A stretch of DNA of 63,847 bases, counting the filler, from Reclinomonas americana ATCC 50394 (lineage: Eukaryota): NCBI GenBank assembly GCA_048213135.1. It is 8 parts of 5 records of this genome, joined end to end, with 100 filler letters (N's around TTAATTAATTAA, not from the genome) between each part and the next. Parts side by side here need not be neighbours in the genome. Positions count along the whole stretch, not along the records: positions 48,004 to 52,496 come from PS015878.1; positions 52,597 to 60,910 come from PS015879.1; positions 61,011 to 63,847 come from AFZH01015966.1; 5 more parts are not named here. One strand, 5' to 3'. Shown here in pieces: positions 51,001 to 62,577 of the stretch. The notes beneath the pieces are model-generated. The model made no database searches, had not been told where the DNA came from, and saw only the letters and a list, made by a program, of their open reading frames with translations. Position 1 is the first letter of the stretch, and each line of letters begins with the position of its first letter. The position numbers and the translations under genes are program-made.

Positions 51001-54000
51001 NNNNNNNNNNNNNNNNNNNNNNNNNNNNNNNNNNNNNNNNNNNNNNNNNNNNNNNNNNNNNNNNNNNNNNNNNNNNNNNNNNNNNNNNNNNNNNNNNNNN
51101 NNNNNNNNNNNNNNNNNNNNNNNNNNNNNNNNNNNNNNNNNNNNNNNNNNNNNNNNNNNNNNNNNNNNNNNNNNNNNNNNNNNNNNNNNNNNNNNNNNNN
51201 NNNNNNNNNNNNNNNNNNNNNNNNNNNNNNNNNNNNNNNNNNNNNNNNNNNNNNNNNNNNNNNNNNNNNNNNNNNNNNNNNNNNNNNNNNNNNNNNNNNN
51301 NNNNNNNNNNNNNNNNNNNNNNNNNNNNNNNNNNNNNNNNNNNNNNNNNNNNNNNNNNNNNNNNNNNNNNNNNNNNNNNNNNNNNNNNNNNNNNNNNNNN
51401 NNNNNNNNNNNNNNNNNNNNNNNNNNNNNNNNNNNNNNNNNNNNNNNNNNNNNNNNNNNNNNNNNNNNNNNNNNNNNNNNNNNNNNNNNNNNNNNNNNNN
51501 NNNNNNNNNNNNNNNNNNNNNNNNNNNNNNNNNNNNNNNNNNNNNNNNNNNNNNNNNNNNNNNNNNNNNNNNNNNNNNNNNNNNNNNNNNNNNNNNNNNN
51601 NNNNNNNNNNAGCAAGTCGGCATTGAAGCTCTGCCCAATCACACTGGCAGTGCGCAGCAAGTCCTGCACGCAAACCAGAGTAAGCAAGCTGCGTCTTCAC
51701 CTTGTTAACTCGTGCGATACGCACCTGCTCGTACGCCGGCAGCTGGTCGAACTGATGCTCCAGAAGCGAGTCGAGATTGTCGGACACTTCCAGGATTTTG
51801 CTGTGCCCCGTACGAGCAAACTAGAGAGAGAACGTGGCTGGTGAGTACACAGAACGACAGTTGACGACAGCACGCGGCAACGTACCCGGCACACGCCGTC
51901 TTCGACCTCCACCACACCCGACTTGATGAGAGCATCGAGAGCCAGACTGAGTCGCGTCGGACAGCCCTTGGTGCTGCGGTAGAGCTCCTGCAGCACAGGT
52001 TCGGTGACTTGTGCTGACAGCGTGAGCGTCAGGTACTCCTTGGTCTGCGGCAGTGACAAGGACGGCACTCGCACAATCTGAACCACGGGTGAGCACCAAC
52101 CAAACAAGAGAGCAAAAAAAGGTTGTGGGTGGATGGCATATACCTGCACGCGCTGCTGCGGAGTGCGGAGCTTTCGGAGGCCGAGCATGTGCAACACCTC
52201 TGTCTCCACCGAATACGCCGTCTCGTCCATGCCGTAGATGCGCGGTCGCGTTGGAATGATAATGTAGAATGGCAGGCGGCGGATCGGCTCGCCTTGCATC
52301 GTCCAAGCCGGACGCAGGAACTGCCAAACGCGCCACACGTCAAACAGTTGCACAAGGCGTCAAACCACCTCTCCTGCAATCTACGCACCTTGTGCAGCAT
52401 CTGCATCGAGGCCGCATCCATCATGTGCGAGTTCTCAAACACCAAAACGCAATAGCCGGACTCGGAGCCGTACACGCGCTTGGCCAAGTGATCGAANNNN
52501 NNNNNNNNNNNNNNNNNNNNNNNNNNNNNNNNNNNNNNNNTTAATTAATTAANNNNNNNNNNNNNNNNNNNNNNNNNNNNNNNNNNNNNNNNNNNNCAGC
52601 ATGACGGCGGCCTCCAACCGCAGTTTTTCTTGCTCCTTTTTCGACAGCACTTGCAGTGGCTTGGTGTCGGGATAGTGCGTATCCAACAACGGGTTCAGCA
52701 GCGACGCCAGGTGGCGCAGCTTGATTTCCTCAAGCATTGCATTGAGGACTTGCACCTTGGTTGGGTTGGAAAATCTGCGCGTCACGTGCTAGCGGTGAGT
52801 ATCATCGAGTGTGCAGCAAAGAGTTGCCGCTGCGTAAAAGCGCGCACCCGTAAATCACGGCAAGGCGGGGCGACTTGCGAATCGCATTGACCAGCCGGTT
52901 GACGGCACTCTTCCACGAGGAGAAGGGTGCGCCCTTCTGAATGCTGTCGCTGGTGCACATGAGCAGTGGAACGTTGACCTTGAACTCCAACGATGAGTCA
53001 AAGTGCGCTCGGCGAGCTCGCTTCGCCTTGCTCTTCGGCTCCGTGGCCTTGCCGGCGGGTGGCGGCGACGGCGACGACAGCGGCGGTGATGGCGTACCGG
53101 TTCGAGCCTGCGACGGAGAGTGCGCCGTTGGACTGTCGGCGGCACCCACACTGTCAGGCGAAGTCGGCTGCGCAGAGGGCGACTCGCTCCGCTGGACCGG
53201 CGATGTCGACGTGGTGTTGTTGCTCGACCCTCCAAAACGCACGCGGCGTCCACTCTTGTGCGACGGTGCCGCGTCGCCGCTGCTGGCGGGTGCGACTGCA
53301 GCTGCCGCGGCGTGTCCGTGACTGCGCCCGGCACTCCCTCCTCGACTGCTTCCGCTGCCACCGCCGCGCTTCTTTGATCCCGACGAGGCAGACGAAAGCG
53401 GTGGCGACGCGGTCTCCGCCTCGCGTGTGGCACCGGCCGACAGCGGTCGCTTCTTCGGCACCGCCGCGGAGGCCCGAGTTGCCTCCTCGTCGGCATCTGA
53501 GCCAGCATCATCGTCGCCACTGTCACCGTCGTCCTCCAGGTCGTCGTCGTCGTCATCATCATCATCACCGTCGTCATCATCCCCAAAGTCATCATCATCG
53601 TCCTCATCAACCTCATCACCCTCCTCGACGTCGTCGTCACCGTCGTCACCAATGTCCTCGTGCTCCTCGTCGACCTCACCAGTCTCGTCCTCATCGTGTC
53701 CATCAATGCTCACCGCCGAGGGAGGCAGCAGAGGGGAGAGCGGAGGTGGATTCGTGGGCGAGGCAGCGGCCTTGGCCGTGGGTGACGAAGTAGCAGACGA
53801 ATCTGCGGCGTTCTCGGGCGATGGTGAGGAGTCCGCACCACCGCGGTGTGCGGAGCGTGCCAACTCCACAACGTTTCGCACCAGCCCGGCCAACGCCGTC
53901 ACCTTGCTGTTCGACGACGTTGAAGACGACTTCTTCTTGATGGAGGCCTTGAGCGACTGTGCGGCGCGCTGCACGAACGACGAGTGTTTCGGCGACTTGC

Positions 54001-57000
54001 CCGAGGTGTTGCCGCCGCCGCTGCTGCTGCTGCTGCCGCCGGATCCACTCGCCGCACTAGCACTGCCACTGCCGCTGCCACTGCCACCGCTGCTGCTGTT
54101 GCTGCTGCCGCCGCTGCTGCTGGATCCCGCTCCGCCCCCACTGCCGCTGCTTCCGGCAACACGCCCACCACCGTGCCGCGCCGACAAGCGGGCAAGGAAG
54201 TGTCGAATGAGCGTGCTCGAACCGCGGCCGGGCGGAGCGTACAGGACCACCACTCGGCCGCAATCCGGCGTCGCCTCCAATCTGCAACACAACAACAACA
54301 ACAACGACACGCATGCAAATGAGCGTCTCTCACCACCATCACTGCACGAGTTAGTACGCAACGCGTCGTGCGGCTGGGTGAATGTGTAGCCGGCGGCCGT
54401 GTTGGAGGCATTGACAGTGGAACCGCCAGAGGTGCCACCGAGACTCTCCACCAGCGCCACCACCTCGTCGTGTGCGTTCATCAACATGCCAATCTGCTCC
54501 TCACCACCAACTGCACACCGAGAAGCATTCAGCAAGAGAAGAACGTGGACAGAAGAAGGTCAATACACGTCTCCTAGTACTCACTGAACACTTTGGAGAG
54601 ATGAATCGGCTTCTCCTCCTCTTCCTGCTCGGCGCCCGATCGAGTGGCCGACGCTGTATTGCTGGTCGATGCCTGGCGCATCACTTTTAGCTGGTATGCG
54701 CCGACCGGCTCAGTCTTGCCTGCACACAGGACAGCGTCAGATGGGCGCTCCCAAAGCTCTCATTGACTCACTCACGCACACACACACACACACACACAAA
54801 CCCTTCAGTGTCAGCGACAGTGGTGGTTCGTGCAGCGCAGTCGAGTTCTTGGCCAGCACTGCTGCACCGCCGATACTGCGACACACGGCTTCGTGGCACA
54901 ACACGGGCAGCAGTCGCCAAGTTTCGCCTGTGGAGTGCACTGAGTGAGCGCACCAGAAATGACAGAAAGGCAGCTGGCGGCGACGCTTATCGCAACTGCG
55001 GTGAGTCTTGGCTCGCAGATGGTAGTGCACGTGACCCATGAGGCGAGCAGCAGTGTTGACGACATCGCCGAGAAGAGTGAAATCGAGGCGCTGCGTGGAA
55101 CCCACAGGGCCCGTGTACGCTTGACCGGCTCTGCACAGTCATACACAGTTCAGCACACGCACGGTGGGGAACATGCAGAGAAGAGAGACAAACGCACGTG
55201 ACACCGACGGCACACTTGAAACCAATGTCTTCGAGAGTGCGCGCAATCTGGGCACTCGCCAGCACGCCTCGCTGACGATGCTCCTCCAACGACGCCACAG
55301 TGAGACCGAAAACCACCAGCGCGCCCACACCCTTCTCGTCAGCAAAGAGGTTGCACATGCTGCCGTCAAACGAGGCGGCAATCTCTTGCGTACGGTACAC
55401 GCCCTTGTGGAAATCGCTGTGTGTGCACACACATTCAGAAAAAATGCACTGAAGTGCAAGCACCAGTGCAGCGGTCTCACCTGTCACTGCCGCGCAGCTT
55501 TTGGATCGAGTCGTCGGGATTGTTGGTGAAAGACACGAAAATCACCGTCACGTTGCGCAGTTGCGGAGTGATGGAGCCCTTCAACACCAGCGCCTGCAGC
55601 AGTCGCGGTTCAATCATGGAGCGCAGCATCTGCACCGTGGCAGGCACAGTCGGGTTCGGCAACACGTTCTTCAGGTTCAGTAGCAGCTCTGCAGGACAGA
55701 CGGCGATGAGGAGACACAGTGTCAGAGGAGACAGAACAGCGAGCAAACTTACCTGGGTTGGGCTGTCGACGAGCCGTATCAAACATGATCTTCCACACGA
55801 GTTTGCTGGCCGGTTGGTCCTTGTCGTTCAGCGGCCCCTCAATGCCCTGAATGCGCGTGTTGGGAATGGATGGATCCTGCACACACGAGGGCAGGTGTGA
55901 GACAACTATTCGCTCGCGACTGAATGTCATCATGTACGTGATACCACCGTCGCACCTGCAGCGTCAGCTCCAAGTACGTCTTACTCTCATTGTCCACAGT
56001 GACATCGCCACTATGCGAGTACTCGACCGCACTGTGCAGCGCACGGAACGCAGTGCCCGCACAGATAAACTTGTACGTATCGTCGTAGCCGCCAACCAAA
56101 GAGCACGTCAAGTCGCCCGTCGACATGCCTGTCAACCACTGTCAGTGGGCAAAAATAAAACACACAAAAGCGCTCGATTCTAGTAAACGCAACCAATGTG
56201 CAGCTCCAGTTTGATGCGCCGATAAATGTACACGCCGGCTTCCTGCTGCAACTCCACGGCGCATGTGGCCGCACGTGTGATAACCTCACGCATCACCTCG
56301 GTGCGCGTGAGGGCACGAGGCGAATCCACATTCTCCGACAGCAGCGAGTTCGTGGAGCCACTCGAGGTGAGCATTTGAGTGGCAGCACTGCTGCTGCGCG
56401 ACAATGGCAGCGTGGAGAAACTGCTGTCGGCCACATCGATCGGACCCGGCACGCGCTCGGCCATGCGTTGCCGGAAAGTGGAGACAATCGGCGTATCGTC
56501 CTCCTCCTCCTCGCTGGTCATTGACTCCGAATCCAGCGTGCTCGGCGAGTATGACGACCGGGGCGACGTGGGCTCTGAAGCGTGGGGCGTAATAGACGGT
56601 GAAGCACCGGGGCTAATGTGCTTGCGCTGCCAGAACCCAGACAGCGGCCGCTGTGCTGCTGCTGCTGCTGCCGCCGCACCTGCTGCGGTGGTACTGGCTG
56701 TCGAGCGTGCTGAGAATGACGAGTCGGGTGCCAGATCCATTGAGCTGCCGAACGATGACGCAGAGCCAGAGCGGTGGTGGCGAGTGCCGCCGGCGGCACC
56801 CGCCGTGGCCGGACTGCTGGGACGTTGCGAGGACGATGCTCCCTGCGCATCCCACAGTGTACGGCCGGCTTTGGCCTGATACAGCGCTCGTCGACGCGCT
56901 TCGCGCTGCGCCGCCACACTGCCGTCATCGTCCGAGGTCGCCGTGCTGAGATCGACGGGGAAGAAGGCGACCAGCGCATCACCGACAAAGTACAAAATGT

Positions 57001-57303
57001 CGCCTCCGTGCCTCGACACAATCCCAATCAGATGCGTAAAGTAGTCGTTGATGACTTGCACAAGCGAGTCGACACCGGCAGGGCCACGGGCGCACAGCGT
57101 CTCGGCGAGGTTTGTGAATCCTGGCCAGCGCAGTGAATGTGTGAGGAGACGCTGAGAAGAAACAACCGACGGAACGCAAACGCAACCACTAATGTCGATC
57201 AGCATGAGACTGCCACGCATGCTCTCCTTGCAGCCAGGCGCCAGATCCTTCTTGGCTTTCACCAGCGAGTCCACCAGGTGGAAAATGCATCGCGGGATGT
57301 ACT
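48004..57303 (-). CDS. Soluble adenylyl cyclase-like (ADCY10/SgcA architecture): cyclase C1 + C2, STAND-type NTPase and helical/TPR-like C-terminus; many introns, several gaps
   Basis: C1: LIDISG|FT.LAE...VINDYF....GGDILYFVGDAL, LELHIG; C2: QLRNVTVIFV, DEKG...VVFG, GVT.G.AYTGPVGS..R.DFTLLGDVVNTAARLM; NTPase: VVVLYAPPGRGSSTL, PFSSW, VLVFENSHMMDAAS. Confidence 0.88.
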
Positions 57304-57378
57304 GACTGCGAGGGGTGACAGAGAGAAACGGGCGTGAGACAGGAGAATGTGTGTGAGAACTTGACACATAAAACGAAC

Positions 57379-60300
57379 CGAAGATCGGCCTCTGCTCGCC
57401 GCACGCCGTCCCCAAACGTGATGCTGTCATCTGATGGCGTATGGACGACGGCGGTGCTCGACGAGCCGGCGACAGCACCGGCATCTGCGGAACCTGGAAC
57501 ACTGGGCACGGGCGGCAACCAGTTGTCGCCGCTGATCGGCTCGGCCGGCGGCACCAATGGCGGCCGTTTGACCAACTCTGCCGCCCCGCTGCTTGGAGTC
57601 CCCGAGGATGTGGCGGTCGACGGCAACGATGCCGAGGGAGACGACGAGGAGGCAGAATCGGGTGATCCACCTCTGCCTGCCGCACCATCGGGTGTGCCTG
57701 CCGATCGTCGCTTGACCCAGAAGCCGCCCTTCTTGCCACCCGACGAACTATTCGCGTCTGCGCGATTCGCGTCGGGTCGTGGTGGCAGCGCACGGAGGTC
57801 GGCCGCCGGCGCAGTGCTCGTGCGATGACCAGCCAGGAAGAGATCCAAGTCGGCTCGGGACTCGCGGCGACTGTGGGTGGGGACGTGTCCACCTCGTGAG
57901 TGTGGTCGTCGCGCGCCCGTCGGCGTGGTGGGAGTGCCTTCTCGTGCTCGCGGACTCGACACCGATCCGCTGTCAAACTCGGAGCGCCCCGACAACGCCG
58001 GTGACGGTGGCATGTCGTGCACCGACGGCGACGGTGTGAATGACGATCGTGCTTCCACCGAAGAGATGGAATGCGGCGACGAGCTGCAAAAATAAACAAA
58101 CAACGGATTGAGACAGAGATTGTCGCTGACAAGGGAGAGGAAAAGTACGCACACATTGGACATGGTGAGTGAGATGGATGCCAGATCCGATGCACGCACA
58201 GCAGTCGATGGTGTGACGGGTTGCGCTGAACTGCCACTGCTGGAGGACCCGGTACCCTTCTTGAACCAGGTCTTCTTTCCGCGTTGACCACCCGCTTCTC
58301 CTTGCGGTTGCTGCGGCAGTGGCGGCTGTTGTTGTTGTTGCTGTAGCTGCGGCGGCTGCTTGATGGCTGGCTCGCCTGGTGTGCTCGCACCTGACGCAGC
58401 TGGCACAGGGCGCTCCACCCACTGCGACGACTGCACGGCGTTGGCACCACCGACACCGAGAAACCGCGGATGATTGATGACTTCGACTTCGGGCGATGTT
58501 GTACGGCTACGCGTCCGATCACCGCTCTCTGACGACGAGTCCATCGACAGCTGTTGGGAACGACGGGCCGCCGAAAACATCACCGAATCGGTCATGTCAA
58601 AACTGTTGCTGCGACTGTGCGCGGCCGAGCGCCGAATTCGCTCGGATCGCATACCACCGCTGGGTGACTGCTGCTGCTGCTTCTGAGCCGCGGATGTTGG
58701 CGACGGCGGCAATTCGTTCTCGCCCAGCAGCCGGGCCGGCACTGACATGTCGCCGGCTGCAGCACGCCGCGGCTGTGGTGCCGGAGGCACGGGCGGAATC
58801 GTCTCGCGCAGGACGGCCATCAGCTCGTCGCGGTCAAATGCACTACCGCGGCTTGCCGTCGGACTCAAGCGTGGTTCGGCCTCATCGCTGCTGCTAATGG
58901 AGCCGTTGTTCAGCTGCCGCTCGCTGTACAGGGAGCCCACTGACTCCAGGCCGAGGCTCCCTCGCCGCCGACTGAGAATTGGAAACGCGCCAGCAAACGA
59001 CTGTGCGTCGTCGGTGAATTCTGNNNNNNNNNNNNNNNNNNNNNNNNNNNNNNNNNNNNNNNNNNNNNNNNNNNNNNNNNNNNNNNNNNNNNNNNNNNNN
59101 NNNNNNNNNNNNNNNNNNNNNNNNNNNNNNNNNNNNNNNNNNNNNNNNNNNNNNNNNNNNNNNNNNNNNNNNNNNNNNNNNNNNNNNNNNNNNNNNNNNN
59201 NNNNNNNNNNNNNNNNNNNNNNNNNNNNNNNNNNNNNNNNNNNNNNNNNNNNNNNNNNNNNNNNNNNNNNNNNNNNNNNNNNNNNNNNNNNNNNNNNNNN
59301 NNNNNNNNNNNNNNNNNNNNNNNNNNNNNNNNNNNNNNNNNNNNNNNNNNNNNNNNNNNNNNNNNNNNNNNNNNNNNNNNNNNNNNNNNNNNNNNNNNNN
59401 NNNNNNNNNNNNNNNNNNNNNNNNNNNNNNNNNNNNNNNNNNNNNNNNNNNNNNNNNNNNNNNNNNNNNNNNNNNNNNNNNNNNNNNNNNNNNNNNNNNN
59501 NNNNNNNNNNNNNNNNNNNNNNNNNNNNNNNNNNNNNNNNNNNNNNNNNNNNNNNNNNNNNNNNNNNNNNNNNNNNNNNNNNNNNNNNNNNNNNNNNNNN
59601 NNNNNNNNNNNNNNNNNNNNNNNNNNNNNNNNNNNNNNNNNNNNNNNNNNNNNNNNNNNNNNNNNNNNNNNNNNNNNNNNNNNNNNNNNNNNNNNNNNNN
59701 NNNNNNTCTCCACCTCCTCCTCGTCTGCGTCTCGCGGAGGCGACTGATTCTGCTTGGCGGCAAACTTGGCCGCCGCCGCCGCCATTGCACGTGGGTCGAT
59801 CGAGGAGTTGCGTCGTGACACGGCAGCTGACGTGGCCGGCGGCGGTGGCGCGGCACGTAGCTGCAGAAACGTGTCGGCAAACGAGGAGCGTCGCGAACCC
59901 GACAGGTAACGCGCCAGAAGCGCGGCCGATGGCGGCGCCGCATCAGAGTCAGTGTCGTCAGCATGTGCGACAGTGCTACTGCTATTGGCGCCCATGCTGG
60001 TGGGAGTCGGTGGACCGCCGTCGTCCATCGACAGCGTTGACAGGTCCAACTCGAACATGTCGTCGCCATCCGACAGCGGTGACGACCTCCGTCCACGCCG
60101 TCCACCTCCCCCTCCGACGTCGCCACCATTTGTCGCGTCTGCAGCCTCCTGCAAACGGACGCGCTGCTGTTGCCGCTTCTCGCGCTCTTTCCTGCGCTGC
60201 TTGCGAGCCGAGTCTCGTGCCAGCTTCTTGATGTCGCCCCAGGNNNNNNNNNNNNNNNNNNNNCGACCGGGCAGAGTTCTCAGCCGTCGGAATCAGTGTG

Positions 60301-60910
60301 GCGTTGGCCGAGAAAGATGAGTGTGGCCGTGGCGGCGACGGGCTGGAACGGCCACCATCGACACCACCCGTCCATGCGTAGTTCACGGCGGCTGCCGGAC
60401 CCACTCGCTTCAGCATGTGGCCTCCACCCATGATGGGCGGCGACTCGGTGGTGCCTGCGCCGCCAGTTGCAGGCGCACGCTTGCTGACCGACGACATGAA
60501 CAGGAGCGACGATGACGGTGGTGAGCGCGCCGCCGAGGGTGGCGAACGAGCGGACGACGGAGGCGAGCGCGCCGAGGGCGGTGAGCGGATGAACATGGGT
60601 GGCGAGCGTGGCGACACTGTCGATGCGGCCGACGATGGTCGGGCAGAGGTCGGCGGCGATCGCCACGAAGTCGGAGGTGACAGTGCAGAGGGAGGCGACA
60701 GAGCCGATGGCGGAGAAAAAGGACCCGAAGACGACGCCGGAGATCCACCACTGCTGCTCGTAGCCACATAGGCGCCCGCCCGGCGAGAAGGTGGACTCCG
60801 TGGCGACGCATCGCTGCCGCTGGCCATTACTCTATGTGGCACAGCGGACGATGGGCGAGAGCGGGGTCCCGTTGAAGAAGGAGGTGAGGCAGGCAAAATG
60901 TCTGGGGAGT
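57379..60910 (-). CDS. Long disordered Ser/Pro-rich coding region, probably the N-terminal extension of the cyclase gene
   Basis: Long open frames 57189-58940, 58910-60154 and 59982-60896 on the same strand, directly upstream of C1; interrupted by gaps. Confidence 0.55.
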
Positions 60911-62004
60911 NNNNNNNNNNNNNNNNNNNNNNNNNNNNNNNNNNNNNNNNNNNNTTAATTAATTAANNNNNNNNNNNNNNNNNNNNNNNNNNNNNNNNNN
61001 NNNNNNNNNNCTGAGTTTCTGGTGCTCACTCGAGATGGTGATCATCATGCAGCTTTGTTGCTGTTTGGATTAGTAAAGTTGTTGTTGTCGGACAGACAGA
61101 TTGTCTCTCACTCCCTCTCTTTGCGTTTTTCTGTGAGCAGAGGCATCGTGTGGACATGGCTGGTCATGAGCTCTTCTCGGACGCTGCCAGTGCGGCAGCA
61201 AGTGTGCTTGATCATGAAGCTCCTTCTGATTCGGATTCACCACCAGTGTTGTTGCGTGACTTCATGATCAATTGAAGAAGGGCACTTTGATCTCATGCAC
61301 ACACACACTCGATGAGTGTTTCTGCTGGTTTTTTTTTGTGTGTGTGTGTGCGTCTGTCGATCGTGGGCCACTCTCTGCCACGCGCTCGTTGTCAATGTGC
61401 ACAGGAAAGAAGAGAGAGCAGCAGCATCTCTTGCTTGTTTGTTTCTTTTGTGCTCGTGGGAGCGCCTTCATGTTTCTCCCTCTCTCCCTCTCCGTGCGAT
61501 ATTCTGCGCGTGGAGCGCACACTCTCACGCACTGCAGTGAGAGTGAGAGCAACAGCGTCGCTCTCGCGTTGTGTAAGTGTTGTCTCATCAAAGTGCCAGT
61601 TTTCTCTGCTTTTCTCTCCGTTTCTCCCACTGTTATTTTGCTTTGCCTGCACACACTCAAACACACATACGCTCAACTTTGCGGAGGAGATCTAGAGTGC
61701 TTAGAGCGTGGCGAGTTGTGGGGGGTTTCCCATGGTCTGATCGAAGTGCCTATATTTCCAAATTTGGCATATCCTTTTCAGTATTGCATGATTTCTCTCT
61801 TCACGCATTCACGCTGTTCTTCCGAACAAGAGAGAGAATGAAATTGATAGTACACACCAACGCGGCACACGGTGTGTGTGTGTGTGTGAGTGCCTGTGTG
61901 ATCGTGTGTTCATCTTTACACCGCGATCCTTCGTCGAAGCGACCTACTCATTGATCATGAGTTGCCGATGCTAACCAGTACTGTGTGTCGTGTGTGCGTG
62001 CAGG

Positions 62005-62577
62005 ATGCCTGTACAGAACTCCACACACCAGTTGGTGGTTACTCTGCTGCAGGAGCAGCGCGAAATGCGACAGGAGCAGCGACAGATGCTCCAGGAGCTC
62101 ATGCAGCGACAGCAGCAACAGGGACAGATGCTCCAGGAGGTCATGCAGCGACAGCAGCAACAGGGACAGATGCTCCAGGCGCTAATGGATGCGGTCCTAG
62201 GCCGTGATGCCGTGCAGCCGCCACAGCAACTGCAGTCCAGTGATGGCGGTCTCGAGAAGACATTGGGGCACAACACGGTAAGATCGGTGGACATATCGCG
62301 ACGTCTTTTCGATGGGAAGCTGCTTATTGGATTGTGTGCCTGCAGACGAGTGATGGCTAGCAACGAAACAGCTCAGATGCGTTCCAAGGCCCAGGCAACG
62401 AAAGCAGTCTCGCTGCTTCCCACACTTGAGTGTACGCCTGCAGCCTACTCCAAGTCCACTGCCTCACAAACAAGACCAAGGGTTTTTCTCCGCCCAGCCC
62501 TTCACTCAAACAATCCCCGCTGCACCTCGTGTGCACACGAGGCTCCCTCACTCACTGACTCACAAATTCGTTTGTGA
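62005..62577 (+). other. Gln-rich coiled-coil ORF fragment, possibly a degraded gene
   Basis: MPVQNSTHQLVVTLLQEQREMRQEQRQMLQELMQRQQQQGQMLQ...; no coherent downstream spliced model found. Confidence 0.3.
62081..62179 (+). repeat. 42-bp tandem repeat, about 2.4 copies (coding QMLQE[LV]MQRQQQQG)
   Basis: gacagatgctccaggag(c/g)tcatgcagcgacagcagcaacagg at 62081 and 62123, partial copy at 62165. Confidence 0.9.

Noticed and set aside
462..60231. Very long ORFs in the ORF track containing X runs, and many overlapping antisense ORFs
   Set aside because: They are artefacts of translating N gaps and of high GC content; the real genes are spliced.
3518..60966. Recurrent perfect palindrome TTAATTAATTAA as a biological repeat or target site
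   Set aside because: Always embedded in fixed-length N runs with stops in six frames; it is an assembly linker.
62081..62179. Possible CRISPR-like array
   Set aside because: Head-to-tail in-frame tandem repeat without unique spacers, in a eukaryotic context with no cas genes.
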